A program made the position numbers and the translations under genes. Below are positions 28,722-42,228 of a DNA stretch of 64,000 nucleotides, piece by piece. Numbering within the stretch: the first letter of the stretch is position 1; every line of letters begins with the position of its first letter. Location of the stretch: the NCBI GenBank assembly GCA_951406725.2, contig OX597831.1:62868001-62932000 (forward strand). Reading direction: 5' to 3'. Source of the DNA: Octopus vulgaris. Its lineage: Eukaryota. The notes under the pieces are model-generated. The model searched no databases. It was not told the origin of the DNA and saw nothing but the letters and a program-made list of their open reading frames with translations.

Positions 28722-30454
28722 CATCTTTTTTAAGTTCAAGCTTGGATTCCTTTCTATCATCATATTGTTTCAGATTACTCAGAAAATTTAAATCCTATAA
28801 CCTTGTATCCCGTTCTTTAATTCTGCCTGTTTCGTTGCAAATATTAAAATACCCTGTTATCATGGTTTAACCTATTCCGGACTATTGCCTGGCAGTCCCA
28901 TCTAATGATCCGCCTCTCTTTCTACCGCCACTATTGCTGGGATCTACGCTCTGCATGTAATACTAAATATATATTTCCAACCATTGCTTTTCAGTGCTGA
29001 AACATTTTGGAAATCCCTTCTCTCAGTGATTTTTTTTTTCTTGCAGACATCGATCTATGTATGCTTGAATAATTGAAACTAAACTTCATCGATCAGCCTA
29101 TATAGACATAGCTTAAATATGCATTCAAATCTGTCTCCTCGGAATAATTAGTAACGCTTTCATATCTTTTTACTAATGCGATGTACTGAGATATTTCCCA
29201 AAAGTAACAAATAGATTTAATTCATTTCTTTTTTTCTTCAGAACAACATATTAATTGGTTTATCGATTTTAACGGAGACTATATTTTTAGCCAATACTCA
29301 TTATTCACCTTAGTATTCGGAAATACTTCATTCCATTCTTCATAAATAGAAGCGTATATTATAAACAACTAAGAAACGTGTAAATTATATAAATATCGCA
29401 TTACCATATCCCAACTGGTAATTACAGTTGGTGAAGTCTCTTTAGGCGGAATAAGATATACTATACTCGCATGTGGAATAACAGCCAAGCGTCCAGTAGA
29501 ATGAGATAGTTCTAGATATCTATACAGGAGTGGAAAACTGATATATGGGAGAAGCATACGTGCATTTTATTTAACGAATATAAACTAGAAAATATATCTT
29601 GTAAAATTGCAAAGCGATCTTGAATCACGAGTAATAATATTTGCCAAAAAGAAAGAATGAATGAAAGTTTTGATATCTACGAAAATATAGCAATCTTTTC
29701 ATGGTTTTTGTGCGGTCGATATGAAATAAATTGAAAAATTTACTGTCGACTTTGATATCAACATTAAATAGGAAACAGTTTAGATTAGTCTTTCACTAAG
29801 TATTTACAGAGAGAAAGATCATAAATGAAAAGTTATTTTCTGTGGAAGGCATATATGTTATAAAACATCAAACACAAAAAAAAATGAATGAAAGAGAAAA
29901 CAATTTATAGATTTGGATTATTGATTCCTCTAAGCGAAAATCAAACTGAATTTCCGAAATATAATATTATTTTTTATACTTTAGTAAAAAGGCTGCGTTT
30001 TATTTGACTTAACAAATATTGATTTCTGACTTGTTGCACAAGGATACAAATGTAGATCAGAGTGGAATGAGTTTATGTGTCTTTTATGACTTTTGCAAGT
30101 GTAATAGCAGTATAAGTGAAAAGAAATTAGCTTCAATCGTATTTTGAAGATAGCTGGCAGTCTCAGAGCCACGTGGGATTTACCTTTAACTTAATCGCGC
30201 TAAAAATGTCAGAAATTGTTGGTTCCTTTTTACCACAGCAAAAGCTGTGCAATAGCCGACTGTAAAAGCCCCTTCTGGACAGTGGTGCTTTCATTATTTT
30301 CTGTAGTGTAAGAGGAAGCACAGTCATCATTACTTAAGTCTGATATCATAATCGAACTGCAATGTTGTTTACACTAGGTATCAAGTGTAAACAAAGAAAT
30401 CCTATAGGAATACATTTTCCGGCATCTGTATTGAACATGTTACGTATCCGATAC

Positions 30455-30872
30455 GGAATATGCATGGCAAAAACAGCAGTGGAATTTGCCACACTGAGTT
30501 TGCCATTCTTGTTCACTAATGTTCACTAATGTTCACTAGTATTCATTTTCAATATAAGTCGGAATATGCATGGCAAAAACAGCAGTGTAATATGCCACAC
30601 TGAGTTTGCCACTCTTGTTCCCTAATGTTCACTAATGTTCACTAGCGTTCATTTTTCAATATAAGTCGGAATATGCATGGTAGAAACAGCAGTGTAATTT
30701 GCCACACTGAGTTTACTATTCTTGTTCTCTACTGTTCACTAATGTTCACTAGTGTTGATTTTTTAATATAAGTCGGAATATGAATGGCAAAAACAGCAGT
30801 GTAATCTGCCACACTGAGTTTGCCACTCTTGTTCACTAATGTTCACTAATGTTCATTTTCAATATAAGTCGG
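30455..30872. repeat. Tandem minisatellite, 4 units of ~106 bp with internal 10-bp subrepeat (tgttcactaa)
   Basis: Units start at 30455, 30561, 30668 and 30775; the last unit is ~10 bp shorter. Confidence 0.95.
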
Positions 30873-31594
30873 ATTTTTTCGACAAATTTCTCTTTGTAGA
30901 TTCAATATCAACTTTGACTTAGATCCTGTATCCTAGAACAGTATGCCCACATGATATACACAAAATTATTTACACAATAAGCCAGTTTGTCCGCTTTAAT
31001 TCCCCAGATAATGTAGTGGCAAAGATCTGTTTAAGCTGGTCCATGATATTACATTATCTTACTGTATAGCCATTCCTCAATATTGCGTTCCATATTGAAT
31101 CTGCTGTTACCTCGTGACACATTCATTCAAGCAATTAATACATTACATTTTATTCGCTCGGTTTCACCATTAAAATTTACGTTAAATCTGATATACAAAC
31201 TTTTTTTCAATAGAGGAGGAAAACTTATATGATGTAAGATTCGGAAGTTAACAAGACAGTAATTAATGTTAACAGGAAACAATTAATTATCAGAAGACAA
31301 ACATGCTGTGACGATAGATTTTTGGTTAGCCGGCGGCAATTTTATTCGAATAACTATTGAATTGTGATTAAAATGCAGGAGCTAATCGTCATTCATTTTC
31401 TAACATTGTGCATGTTTTTCATGAGTGAAAGCTTTATTAAGTTTCAGGCAGAAGTAGAAGTGTACTCGCTTCATGATCTGCACAATCAATCGGAACAATG
31501 CTGTTGATGTGAAAGTAAAATAACTTGATAGTTAGCTCACACGTTGCTTTGCTGTAAAGGGGTATAATACTGAATGTTTATATATGTATTCGTT

Positions 31595-31796
31595 TATTCT
31601 TTTATTTGTTTCAATCATTTGACTGTGGCCATGGCGGAGCAACGGCTGTAGTCGAGCAAATCGACCCCAGGACTTATTCTTTGTGAGGCTAGTATTTATT
31701 CTATCGGTATCTTTTGCCGAACCGCTAAGTTACGGGGACGTAAACACGCCACCATCGGTTGTCAAGCGATGTTGGGGAACAAACACAGACACACAA

Positions 31797-31831
<35 letters not shown>

Positions 31832-31973
31832 AATATATATATATATACGACGGGCTTCTTTCCGTTTCCGTGTACCAAATCCTCTCAAAAGGTTTTGGTC
31901 GGCTCTAGGCTATAGTAGAGGACACTTGCCCAAGGTGGCACGCAGTGGGACTGAACCCAGAACCGTGTGCGCC
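31595..31973 (-). mobile_element. tRNA-derived SINE, type 2 (internal TA/TG microsatellite)
   Basis: Reverse complement of the family at 44272-44656 (gggttcagtcccactgcgtg...ccttgggcaagtgtc...gtttacgtccccgtaacttagcggttcggc). Confidence 0.85.
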
Positions 31974-32012
<39 letters not shown>

Positions 32013-32019
<7 letters not shown>

Positions 32020-35000
32020 TGATCCAAACGGGAAAACAAAAAAACAACAAGCTCGTGGAACAATTACAGTATCATATTATTATTAGGCGCTCAGGAAAAT
32101 GGAAGAAGGAGGGTATGACGTTTCGAGCGGAGCTCTTCGTCGGAAACATAAGAGAAAGAAAGAAAGATCCCGAGACGGGAGGACAGAGGAAAAAAAAAAA
32201 ATTGCTGGTCGTCTTCACGAGGTCACATACTGAAAAGACGGAAGTAGTAAAAAAGGAGGAAAATGTTTTTAAAAAACAGGAGAGCTGAATCAATGAGGGA
32301 ATGGTAAAAAAGGTGTTGCGAGATGACCGTGTGTGTGTGTGAGTGGGCGTGTGTGTGTATGTGTGTGTATGGTGGACAATGGCTAGTAGCAAGCAGTAGC
32401 AGAATTAAAGGAGTGGTGTGGGGGTACTCTAGCAAGTCGGAAAGGCAGATCAGAAACAGGGAGGTATGTGTGTGTGCGTGTGTATGTATGTGTGAGTGTG
32501 TGCGTGTATGTATGTGTGTGTATGGTAGACAATGGCTAGTAGCGGGCAGTAGTAGAATTAAAGGAGTGGTGTGGGGGTACCCTAGCAAGTCGGAAAGGCA
32601 GATCAGAAACAGGGAGGTATGTGTGTGTGCGTGTGTATGTATGTGTGAGTGTGTGCGTGTGGTATATGTCCAGCGTGCGTAGTTGTGCGTGTGGCAAGTA
32701 AATTTGAAGTGTGTGTAAGTGTAATGTGTATATATATGCAAATGTGTGTGTGTGAGTGGGTGTGTGTATGTGTGTGCGTGTGTGTACAAAAGGGGGGGTT
32801 AAGGGAAAAAGAACTGCAGCGAAGGGGGGAGAGGAGGGGAAGATGGAAGAGTGGTCCCGCGGCGACGGGCGTGGGAGAACCCAAAGACAACGCGCCGGCC
32901 CCAGATACGGACAGGAGAGCCGGTCGGTCAACCATGAGCGTGGTGCAAGCGTGCGTGTATGCGTGCGCGAACGCGCACAAACGAGCATGTGCGCGCGCCT
33001 GCGATTGCGTGTGTGAGTATGTATGTGTGTGGATGTGTGAGTGTGTCTGTGTGTAAGTCTGAGTGTCAGTGTGTCCGATGAATGTATGTAAGTATGTGTG
33101 TGTGTATATGTGTGTGTATAGATGTATGTCCGTGTGTGTGTGTGTGTGTGTGTGTATGAGTGCGTATGTATGTACGTGTGTGTGTGTGGAAGTGTGTGTA
33201 TGTGCATGTGTGTGCGCGTACATGCAGGTGTGTGAGTGAGTGTGTGTGTGTGTATGTGTGTGTAAGTGTGTATGTCTGTGTGTGTAGGATGCATGTATGT
33301 GTATGGGTGTATGTATGTGTGTGTGTATGTATGTATGTGTACGTGCGTGTGTGTGTGTGTGTGTGCATATGCGTACATGCGTGTAGGTGTGCGCGTGTGC
33401 GTGCATGCATGCGTGTGCGTATGTGTGTGTGTGCATGTGTGTAGGTATATATGTATGTGCGTATATGTGTGTGTATGTGCGTACATGTGTGTGTGTATGC
33501 ATGTGTGTGTATGTAGGTGTGTAGGCGTGTGTGTATAGGTGTATGTATGTAAGTATGTATGGGTGTATCCGTGTATGTGTGTGTATGCATGTGTGTGTAT
33601 GTAGGTGTGTAGGCGTGTGTGTGTGTGTGCGTGTATGTGTGCGTGTGCGTGTATATGTTGGTGTGTGTGTATGTGAGTGTGAGTGTATGGGTGTTTGTCA
33701 TGCATGTGTGTGCGCGTGCAGGCGAGTGTGTGTGTAAGTATGTGTGTGTATGTATGTGTGAGTGTGTATGTGTGTATGTCTGTGTGTATGTATGTGCGTA
33801 TAGGAGTATGTAAGTATGTGTGTGTGTATGTGTGTGGGTGTATGTATGTATGTGTGTGTGTATGTGTGTAAGTATATGTGTGTGTGCGTATGTATGTGTA
33901 TGTGTGTGTGTGTTTATGTATGTGTTTATGTATGTGTGTAGGCGTGTGTGTCTAGGTGTATGCATGTATGGGTGTGTGTCTGTGAGTGTTTGTGTGTGTG
34001 TGTAGGTATGTGTGTATGTATGAGTGAAGGTATGGCTGTGTAGGTGTGTGTGTGTATGAATGTAAGTGTGTGTGTGTACAAGTGTAATGTATGTATTTAG
34101 GTGTGTGTGTGTGTGTGTGTATGTGTGCGTGTGCGTGTGTATGTGTGTGTGTATTCGTGTGAGTGTGAGTGTATATGGGTGTATGTCTGTGTGTGTGTAT
34201 GTCTGAAGTGGGTATGTGTGTGTATGTATGTGTGAGGTGTGTGTGTGTATGAATGTAAGTGTGTGTGTGTACAAGTGTAATGTATGTATGTGGGTGTGTG
34301 TGTGTGTATGTGTGCGTGTGCGTGTGTATATGTGTGTGTGTATGCGTGTGGGTGTGAGTGTATGGGTGTATGTCTGTGTGTGTGTATGTCTGAAGTAGGT
34401 ATGTGTGTGTGTGTGTGTATGTCTGAAGTAGGTATGTGTGTGTATGTATGTGTGTGTGTGCGCAGGTATGTATGTGTGTGTGTGTATGTGTGTGTGTGTG
34501 TATGTGTGTGTGTAAGTGTGTGTGTGAGTAGGTGTGCGTGTATGTGTGTGGGTAGGGATGCATGCGTGTGTGTGGGTATGTATGTATACATACGCACGCA
34601 CACAACCGAAGCGCGCTCGCATACACAAGACGCAAGCAATACAACGCAAGCCCATGGGGCCGACCAACCCCCGTCACGCGCCAAGGCGTGCGCGCGCGGG
34701 GCCCCCCGAACAACCCGCTCCACGGGAACCGAGGATCCATCAACCAAAACTAGAAAGCAGAAAAAAAAGGGGGGGCTGCCTGGGTGCGAATAGGTGTATG
34801 CGTGTGTGCATTCGTGTAAAGGTGTACATGTGTGGGTATGTGTGTATGTATGTGTGTGTGCGTACATGTATGTGTGCATGTGTGTGTGTGTATGTAAGTA
34901 TAGGTGTGTGAAGTATGTATGTGCGATGTGTGTGTGTGTGTGTATGTGTGTACGTATGTATGTGTGTGTGTATGTATGTATGTATGTCTGTGTGTGTGTG

Positions 35001-36372
35001 TGTGTGTAAGTATGTATGTGTGTGTGTATGTATGTATGTGTGTATGTATGTGCGTGTTGGTTTGTATGTTAGTGTGTGCATGTGTGTCTGTAAGTATGTG
35101 TGATTAGATGTATGAATGCCTGTACGTAGATGTGTATCCGTATGTGTGTGTTTGAACAGGCGTGTGGGATGTAGGTAGGTGTGTGTGTGTGGGGGGGTGT
35201 TTATCCGAAAAAAAAAGAAAAAAAAACCTAGGAGGAGGGGGCTGTGTTAAGTCCGTGTGGGGTAGTGGTTTGTAGGGTGAAGATGTAGCGTTGCTCCAAG
35301 TGGAGCCTAGAAAGAGGACGGCCATTGTGGGGGGCGAGACCAAACACTGAGATGTCATCTAGGGAATGGCTGGCCGAGCGGAAGTGGCGTGCGATAGGAG
35401 AAAGGGAGTGTAGGCGAACGTCCCTCAAATGTTCTGTGAATCGATCGGACAATCGGCGTCCCGTCTGTCCTACATACAGCATCCCGCATAGGTTGCATTT
35501 AATGCAGTAAATGAGGCCAGACGATGTGCACGTAAAAGAGTGCCTAATACGTACAGTGCGCCGGTTGGAGCCGGTGACAGCAGTGGTGTTAGTGATGAAG
35601 GGGCAAGTGTTGCAGCGGAATCTAGAGCAAGGGAATGATCCGTGTGGGGCTGAGGGGGAAGGAGAGAGGGTGCTGTGGACCAGGAGGTCCCGTAGGTTAC
35701 GGGCTAGTTTGAAGGAGGACAGGGGTGGGTTAGGGAAAATGGGGCGGGTTGTGCGATCAAGCTGGAGGCGAAGGAAGGCACGTAGTATCTTGTGACGAAG
35801 GGGTAGGGTAGAGGGGTGGAAAAGGAGGGGGAAGGGGTGCGGTTGGGGGGTGGGGGGTGCGGTCGATGCGTCGGGCGCGGGTGAGAGCATTAGAGATGAG
35901 TATGGGTGGGTAACCTCGGAGTCTGAACAGGCGGGCCAGGTATTGAGATTGGGTCTCGAAATCCTGGTCGCGGCTGCACAAACGTCGGAGGCGTAGGAAC
36001 TGGGAGTAGGGGATGGCTCGTTTGGTGTGGGAGGGGTGGGAGGAGGAGAAGTTGAGATAGAGGTGGGAATCCGTAGGTTTAAAGAAGGCGGAGGTGGTGA
36101 GAGAGTTGGAGGGGTGGTCGATTCGGAGAGAGATGTCAAGGAAGTTGACAGAGGTGTTGGAGATGGTGGAGGTGAATTGAAGAGAGGGGTGAAAGTTGGA
36201 AAGGAAAGAGATGAATTGGCAGAGGAGTTCGCGGGAAAGGGAGGTGGCACCTATGCAGTCGTCTATATAGCGACCGTATAGTTCGGGGGTCGGCCCGGAG
36301 AACTGGGAGAATACTTGGGCCTCAATGTAGCCAAGAAAGAGATTGGCGAAATTGGGGCCCATCCTAGTTCCC

Positions 36373-36375
<3 letters not shown>
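32013..36375 (-). mobile_element. 5'-truncated Penelope-like element with long (CA)-rich 3' region and hammerhead-bearing pLTR
   Basis: RT+EN coding at 35228-36375; terminal 32013-32240 has ccgacga-agagc/gctc-GAAACGTC and is homologous to 2083-2298; (TA)n at both ends. Treating the interval as one element is inference. Confidence 0.7.
35228..36375 (-). pseudogene. Penelope-like RT (C-terminal part) + GIY-YIG endonuclease, frameshifted
   Basis: GTRMGPNFANLF, RYIDD, FLDI, KPTD...SSHP, YSQFLRLRR, RGYP; then Cys linker PCSRFRCNTCP, LIYCIKC..C..YVGQTGR, RF-EH, GLN. C-terminal EN plus Cys linker suggests the Neptune clade. Confidence 0.92.
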
Positions 36376-36464
<89 letters not shown>

Positions 36465-36466
<2 letters not shown>

Positions 36467-36776
36467 AGGCGTAATGGCCCAGTGGTTAGGGCAGCGGACT
36501 CGAGGTTGTAGGATCGCGGTTTCGATGCCCAGACCGGATGTTGTGAGTGTTTATTGAGCAAAAACACCTAAAAGCCCCACAATGCTCTGGCAGGGAGTGG
36601 TGGCGATCCCTGCTGTACTCTGTCGCCACGACTTTCTCTCACTCTTTCGTCTGTTGGCCTGCTCGCTTAGCCAGCGGGGTGGCGTCATTTGAAGGCTAAA
36701 ACAATGCGAAGCGCATTGTGACCAGCGATGTGTAGCAACATCTGATAGTCTGGTCGGTCCCGATGATCCGGTGATA
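36465..36776 (+). mobile_element. tRNA-derived SINE, type 3
   Basis: tggcccagtggtta (A box), ggtttcgatgccc (B-box-like); head and centre shared with 59172-59484, tail shared with 18748-18868. Confidence 0.85.
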
Positions 36777-36797
36777 TATATATATATATATATATAT

Positions 36798-36940
36798 TAG
36801 TGAATGGAAGAAATGGAGTTGAACGAAGATTGTACAGAATTCCTTTTATTACATTCTACACATGTTTCAAAGGCCACAATTTTCCAAATTCTGATTAAAT
36901 AAGGATACCATATTGCAGCTTTCTCTTCAGGAAAAACCAG
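36798..36940 (-). mobile_element. pLTR-like remnant with canonical-core minimal hammerhead
   Basis: Minus: ttc-CTGAAGA (36930-36924), stem gaaagctgcaat/attgtggccttt, GAAAC-atgt-GTA-gaa (36868-36854), then AATAAA and (TA)n. Confidence 0.55.
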
Positions 36941-37240
36941 GAATTACGTTGTCAGAACAAAACAAAACAGAGGCGCAGCAAAGCAATTCGAACGAGGACG
37001 CTCCTTAAGAGCCCATGGATAAACTTTTTATCAATGTACGTTGAAATCGGGGGGTTGGTGGGGTCCGTTGGAATACTTACAGGTCAGGCCGCGGTCAAAT
37101 CTAGTAGGTGAGGAATTAATGAGAACAAGGGGTATGGAGATGCTCTGTGTTACCAAAACTAATGTTCTGAATATTTAAAGAATACATGGTGTATTTCTTA
37201 GGGGCGAGACAAAACCTACCTAAAAGCATGTATGTGTATA

Positions 37241-37587
37241 CTAGCCTATGTGTGCACCCCCGTGTGTTGGCGAGGGGCGCTAGATAATGAGCACTGCTGA
37301 AAAAGGCCTGTCACGCGGCTGAAAAAATTTCTGTGTTCGTGTGTTCGTCTGTGGCCTGCTTGTCTAAAAATTAACATCGTCAAAGAATCACAAGGGTATA
37401 TAATTCCGGCGTTTGCTTCTAAAAAAACAAAAAAACCGACCAATCGCATAAGGGGAGTAATTTCCCCTTGCAAGAGTTATTCAGAGAATTTTTTTTAAAG
37501 TTTTTTCAAAAATTATTTCCAAAAATTATTTTCATTTTAATAGGGTAACAAGGTGTTAATTGTCCTAGGTATCATTTATATGTAAGA
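37241..37587 (-). mobile_element. Probable non-autonomous Helitron (third family)
   Basis: Minus strand ends CTAG|T at 37241, cccc...gggg hairpin ~15 nt inside, A|TC at 37587. Confidence 0.5.
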
Positions 37588-37589
37588 TA

Positions 37590-37825
37590 AGTATGACGCC
37601 GCCAATGGAGACATCGAAAAGCATCCGTGGTTACCGATGATGTTGACTTGTTCTTCTTTTTGGATTATGGCTGCTGTTGCTTAGTGAGTGGGATTGACTC
37701 AGTGCACAGCCTTTCCTCACTTAAAAAAAATCTTCTTGCACAGGCATTGCACGAGGATAACATTGATTAATCTTCGTGCAATGGCCATACTCGATAACGA
37801 TGGGGCAGCCAACATGTATGTATGT
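37590..37825 (+). mobile_element. 3' end of an RTE-like LINE with (ATGT)n tail
   Basis: RRQWRH-like ORF-end remnant followed by a 3' UTR nearly identical to 54331-54517 (minus). RTE assignment is inference. Confidence 0.55.
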
Positions 37826-38677
37826 TCGTGTGAGTGTGTGTGTGTGTGTGCGTGTTTATACATATATGTATTTGTCATCTTACGTATTAGAATATTACTT
37901 ACTATGAGATTCGTTGTTTCTATTGTTACAAATTCTATTCGCAGTCAACATTATTATAATTCCCTTTACCCATTTACTAGTTTCAGTCACTGGACTGTGG
38001 TCATGCTGGAGCAGTCGACTCCTTAAATGATGTTTGAACGAAACATAATACTTGCTTTCATTAGTCTCAATACAAACGAGTAAAAGAAGAATGCGAGTGT
38101 ATGACAGAAATAGAGAGGAGAGTAATAAAGACGGCTGCTAGCTTTAGGGAATGGTTTTCAGTGTGCAAGATTTTGCGTTCCTATAGGGGTGACAGAGAGA
38201 AGATAATACTGAGACAGAGAAATATATAAAGTAGATCGTGTTTTTTTTTCGATATTGCATGCTGTGATTCTCTAATATCAAAGCACTACACCACAGTCCC
38301 TACGGATTCTTTAATATCATTTCCACTTACTTCGCTGGTCCGTCTATTTCTCAATGACTTACTTTCGAAATCATTGAATAGAACTGGTATAAAGGTTGAT
38401 TCATTACGCTTTTTTTTTATTTTTTCTTTCTTCTTCTTTTTTAACTTTCTTTTCTGATAGATACATTTGATTCATTTTCAAGAATAATATCAGTATTATT
38501 ATGGCCTCGTGTGATAACTTGCGTGACAATGTAATTATCCTACTTTTTCATAATCGAATGTTAATTACAATATTTCCCGCATATAGAAAACATACATATG
38601 TGAGAATAGGCAAGTAGTATCAGGAGGAGGAAGAGGAGGAGGAGGACCAGCAGCAGCAGCTACAGCATTGTCATTAA

Positions 38678-38713
<36 letters not shown>

Positions 38714-38727
38714 GTTATTGTTATTAT

Positions 38728-38786
<59 letters not shown>

Positions 38787-38840
38787 TTATTATTATCATC
38801 ATTATCATCATCATCAGTATTATCATTAATATTATTATTA

Positions 38841-38901
<61 letters not shown>

Positions 38902-38973
38902 TACTACTATTATCATCATCACTATCATCATCATCGTTATTATTATTAATATTATTATTATTATTATTATTAT

Positions 38974-39008
<35 letters not shown>

Positions 39009-39076
39009 TCATCATCATCATTATTATTCTTATTATTATTATTATTATTATTATCATTATTATTATTATTATTATT
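38678..39076. repeat. Compound (TAT)n/(TAC)n/(CAT)n microsatellite
   Basis: Directly visible; reads (TAA)n on the minus strand at the 3' end of family D. Confidence 0.97.
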
Positions 39077-40530
39077 GTCTTTGCGCAGCTTCTAACGCTG
39101 GAGTTTGTACCACGGTGTCAGCTGTTCACTACCAGTGAACTAAGGTAACACCTCTTATTTTTCGAGCACCTTCCGGAGTATTCGAGGGGTTCCAAGAAGC
39201 GCTGTTTTCTGCAAGTAATCCACCCTTATCGAAGCCCTATTTGTTCCATGGACCTCTCAAGATTTCTACTCACTGTTCCCAGGACTCCGACAATTATTGG
39301 TATTACTACCTCAATTTTCAGCGACCAACACTGCTTAACCTCCCAAACTAACCTGTCATATTTATCGCCTTTTCTTTCTTCCTTATCGCATAACTTGTCA
39401 GCTGTGCATGTTATATCTATGATCCAGCATCGTTTGAATTCTTTTTCAATTAACACTACGTCTCGTTTCCTATTCTATATCTCATGGTCGCACTGAATCA
39501 TAAAAACCCATAGGGTCTTTGCATTATCACTTTCGAGAATGCCTTCGAGGTTATATTCGTACCCATTTTTTGCTCTGCCAAGTCCATAATTGTTGCAAAG
39601 TGTCCAATGGGCAAGCTTTGTTATGTTATCATGACATATGTTATATACTTTCTGGGTTGGTTAGTGGTGTACATGGACAGGTAATATGCCATAAAGTTTC
39701 ACCATTTTGTCCATAAATTCTGCACATTTCACTTTCTGATGTATTGTCTATTCCGTATTTGATGTAATTGGTTCTTAATGCTTGCTCTTGGGTAGCACAT
39801 ATTACAGTCTCCATTTCCGATCCATAGCCATTTTTCCTCTGTCTTTCTTATCTTCAACATCCCTATGAAATTGTCCATGCATTCTTTTCTTTATCCAGCT
39901 GTTTTCAGTTTCATTTATTATCAAGTGCTTGTACAGTTCTTTGTCTTTGCAATCTTCCATCCCACAGAAGCCTGCCTTCTTACTTCCAACAGTAGCGGTT
40001 CTGTGGCATTTTTTTAGTTATCATATTCCATTTTTTTCTGTTCTAATGATGTGTTCGCATCCAATCAGTCCTCTTCCCCCTCTTTTTCTTGGAACATACA
40101 GTCTGTCTATGTCCCATTTTTGGGTGGAGTATCCCAGGTCTAGTCAGTAACTTGCTTCAGTCTAAGCTGTTTAGTTCGTCGACTGTCCCTGCGATTACCC
40201 CTGATCAATATCTAAGAAGTGAAACCGCCCAGCTGTTGGTAGCGTCAATCATATTCCGTCCGTTTAATTTTGACTTAAGGAACAGTATCAATCTGCGCAA
40301 GTACTCCACCTTCAATTTTTCTGTCATTTATTTCTCCATCAATTTTTCCATATGCTGTCAGTTCCCTCTTTCACTTCAGCATACTTTTTCCAAGCAATCG
40401 CTCAACATTCGATGCAATACCAAATAGGTTCATGCATTCCATAATCCAAGAATCGCCTTACGATAATCGATCCATGGCACGGCTAAGTTAGTTTTCCTCC
40501 TCCTGCAGTCTCTAAGTACAGTTTTGTCTG
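39077..40530 (-). mobile_element. Decayed RLE non-LTR retrotransposon, family D (RT remnant to 3' UTR)
   Basis: Minus strand: DKTVLRDCRRRKTNLA..WIDYRKA, then RCWIIDITC...KYDRLVWEVKQCW...PIIVGVLGTV; 3' end abuts (TAA)n. Confidence 0.85.
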
Positions 40531-41479
40531 CCACGTGAACACCGGGAACGTTTAAGAGAGAACACCGGGGACGTTTAAAAGAGAACACTGGAGACATGTG
40601 ATCTGAAATCTATCAGAAAACATCGGGAATAAAGACAAAAAGAGGAGCCTAAAATAAATGACATACTGTTGAACTATATCCGAGTAATACTCATTAAAAT
40701 TTCTCTCTGCTTTCTGAATGAAACGATGTATTTTAACTGTGTGTTACCTCCGTCACTCACAAAGCACGTATAAACACGCGCACCACACTGACAAAGCACT
40801 GGACTACACCCGAGTAAGTAATACTCATTAAAAGTGTTGGACTATAGCCGAGTATGTACATATTGGACTTTATCCGATTAAGTACACGTTAGAAACACGC
40901 AAGTACGTAAACTAATTAATTACGTATACACCTCAGTTTTACAAGAGCACATTTTGATATTTCAAAAGAACATTAAGTAATGCATAAACAAGCGCGCACA
41001 CACACATACACTCGCGCGCGCGCACACATAAACGAGTGAAAACAACGACAAAGAGTAGTGATATCGATCACTAAAGCATTAAACAGATATACATATATAT
41101 ATATATCTCACCCACGGATAAAATAGGGGTGGATATTAGTTTTTTGTTTGTTTCGTTGTCTTGTTTGACTAAATTTATTTGTTTATAATTATAGAAGCGG
41201 TGCTCTATTAAATTGTCAACGCTAATAGAGAAACACCGGAGCCTAATACTGACACAAAAGTGTTAATGATACTTAGCCAAAACTCATGTTGGATTACAGG
41301 AATTATCAACAATGACAAACAGTAAAAAAATGAGAATGATATCAGTGATGATAGTAATGATAATGAAAGGATGCGATTGGAATCTCCTTATGCTCTGATT
41401 GATGATATATCTAGTGATGGTGTCACAATAAAAGCACTGGTAATTGTGCAACCTGATAATCGTTACCTCATATGAGTGG

Positions 41480-42215
41480 CAATGAAAAAACAAAATATTG
41501 TGAATAACGGTGGTAATGAAACTGAAGAACTTCATGGTGACAGTGTTGCATCCGGCAGGCTCGGAGATACTGGTCTGACTCCAGCCTGTCGTTATCCAGC
41601 AATGGACCACTACACACGGCGTAGATGGAGCAAACAAGTCAATGCCGTGGTCATAGAGTGTTACTACCGGTAGACGAAAATGCTGTTTATATTAGGGAAT
41701 ACCTACAACGTATGTATGGTCAATAGAAAGGAAGTGGATTGTTTCAACTCACGGAACAGAGATTATGTGATCAAGCTACAGCAATAAGAACAAGTCATTG
41801 GTTCACAGAAATAGAGCTCAAAGCTATCAAAAGACGGGTATCGGAAAACAGCAGCAGAGGAAACGATAAAAATACAGTTCCTAATGATAAAAGTAATCTC
41901 ATAGCGCTGAAACCAGAGGAGAAATCTCTAATAAGCCACAGGAAAGGAACAGTGACAGCTTGCTCGATGAGAGACATAGATGGTCTGGAAGGAGACAATA
42001 AAACTAATGGTGACATGACAGATGGGCAAAAGGCAATCTATGACAGAATTTAGACAAGGCTGCACCAGAACGATATCGGCATTATTTGCAACCTTAAAAG
42101 GGTTGATCGGTGGACATTGAACCAAGAAACGAAAAATGTGAATGAAATTCTGAAATACATCAGAACAAAAAAACAAACGTAATATGTCAATTGATCAAAG
42201 TAGTACAGTCTTCAG
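41480..42215 (+). pseudogene. N-terminal region of an R4/Dong-like ORF (decayed)
   Basis: RRRWSKQVNAVVIECYY and LTEQRLCDQATAIR..WFTEIEL resemble the RIKWTRE...LTDTEI N-terminal domain of the element at 45578. Confidence 0.6.
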
Positions 42216-42228
42216 AACTGCATAATAA

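Noticed and set aside
30455-30872. CRISPR-like array
   Set aside because: Whole units repeat, no unique spacers, no cas genes, eukaryotic context.
32536-35107. His/Thr-rich ORFs up to 533 aa
   Set aside because: Stop-poor cryptic (CA)n, open in several frames on both strands; no domain.
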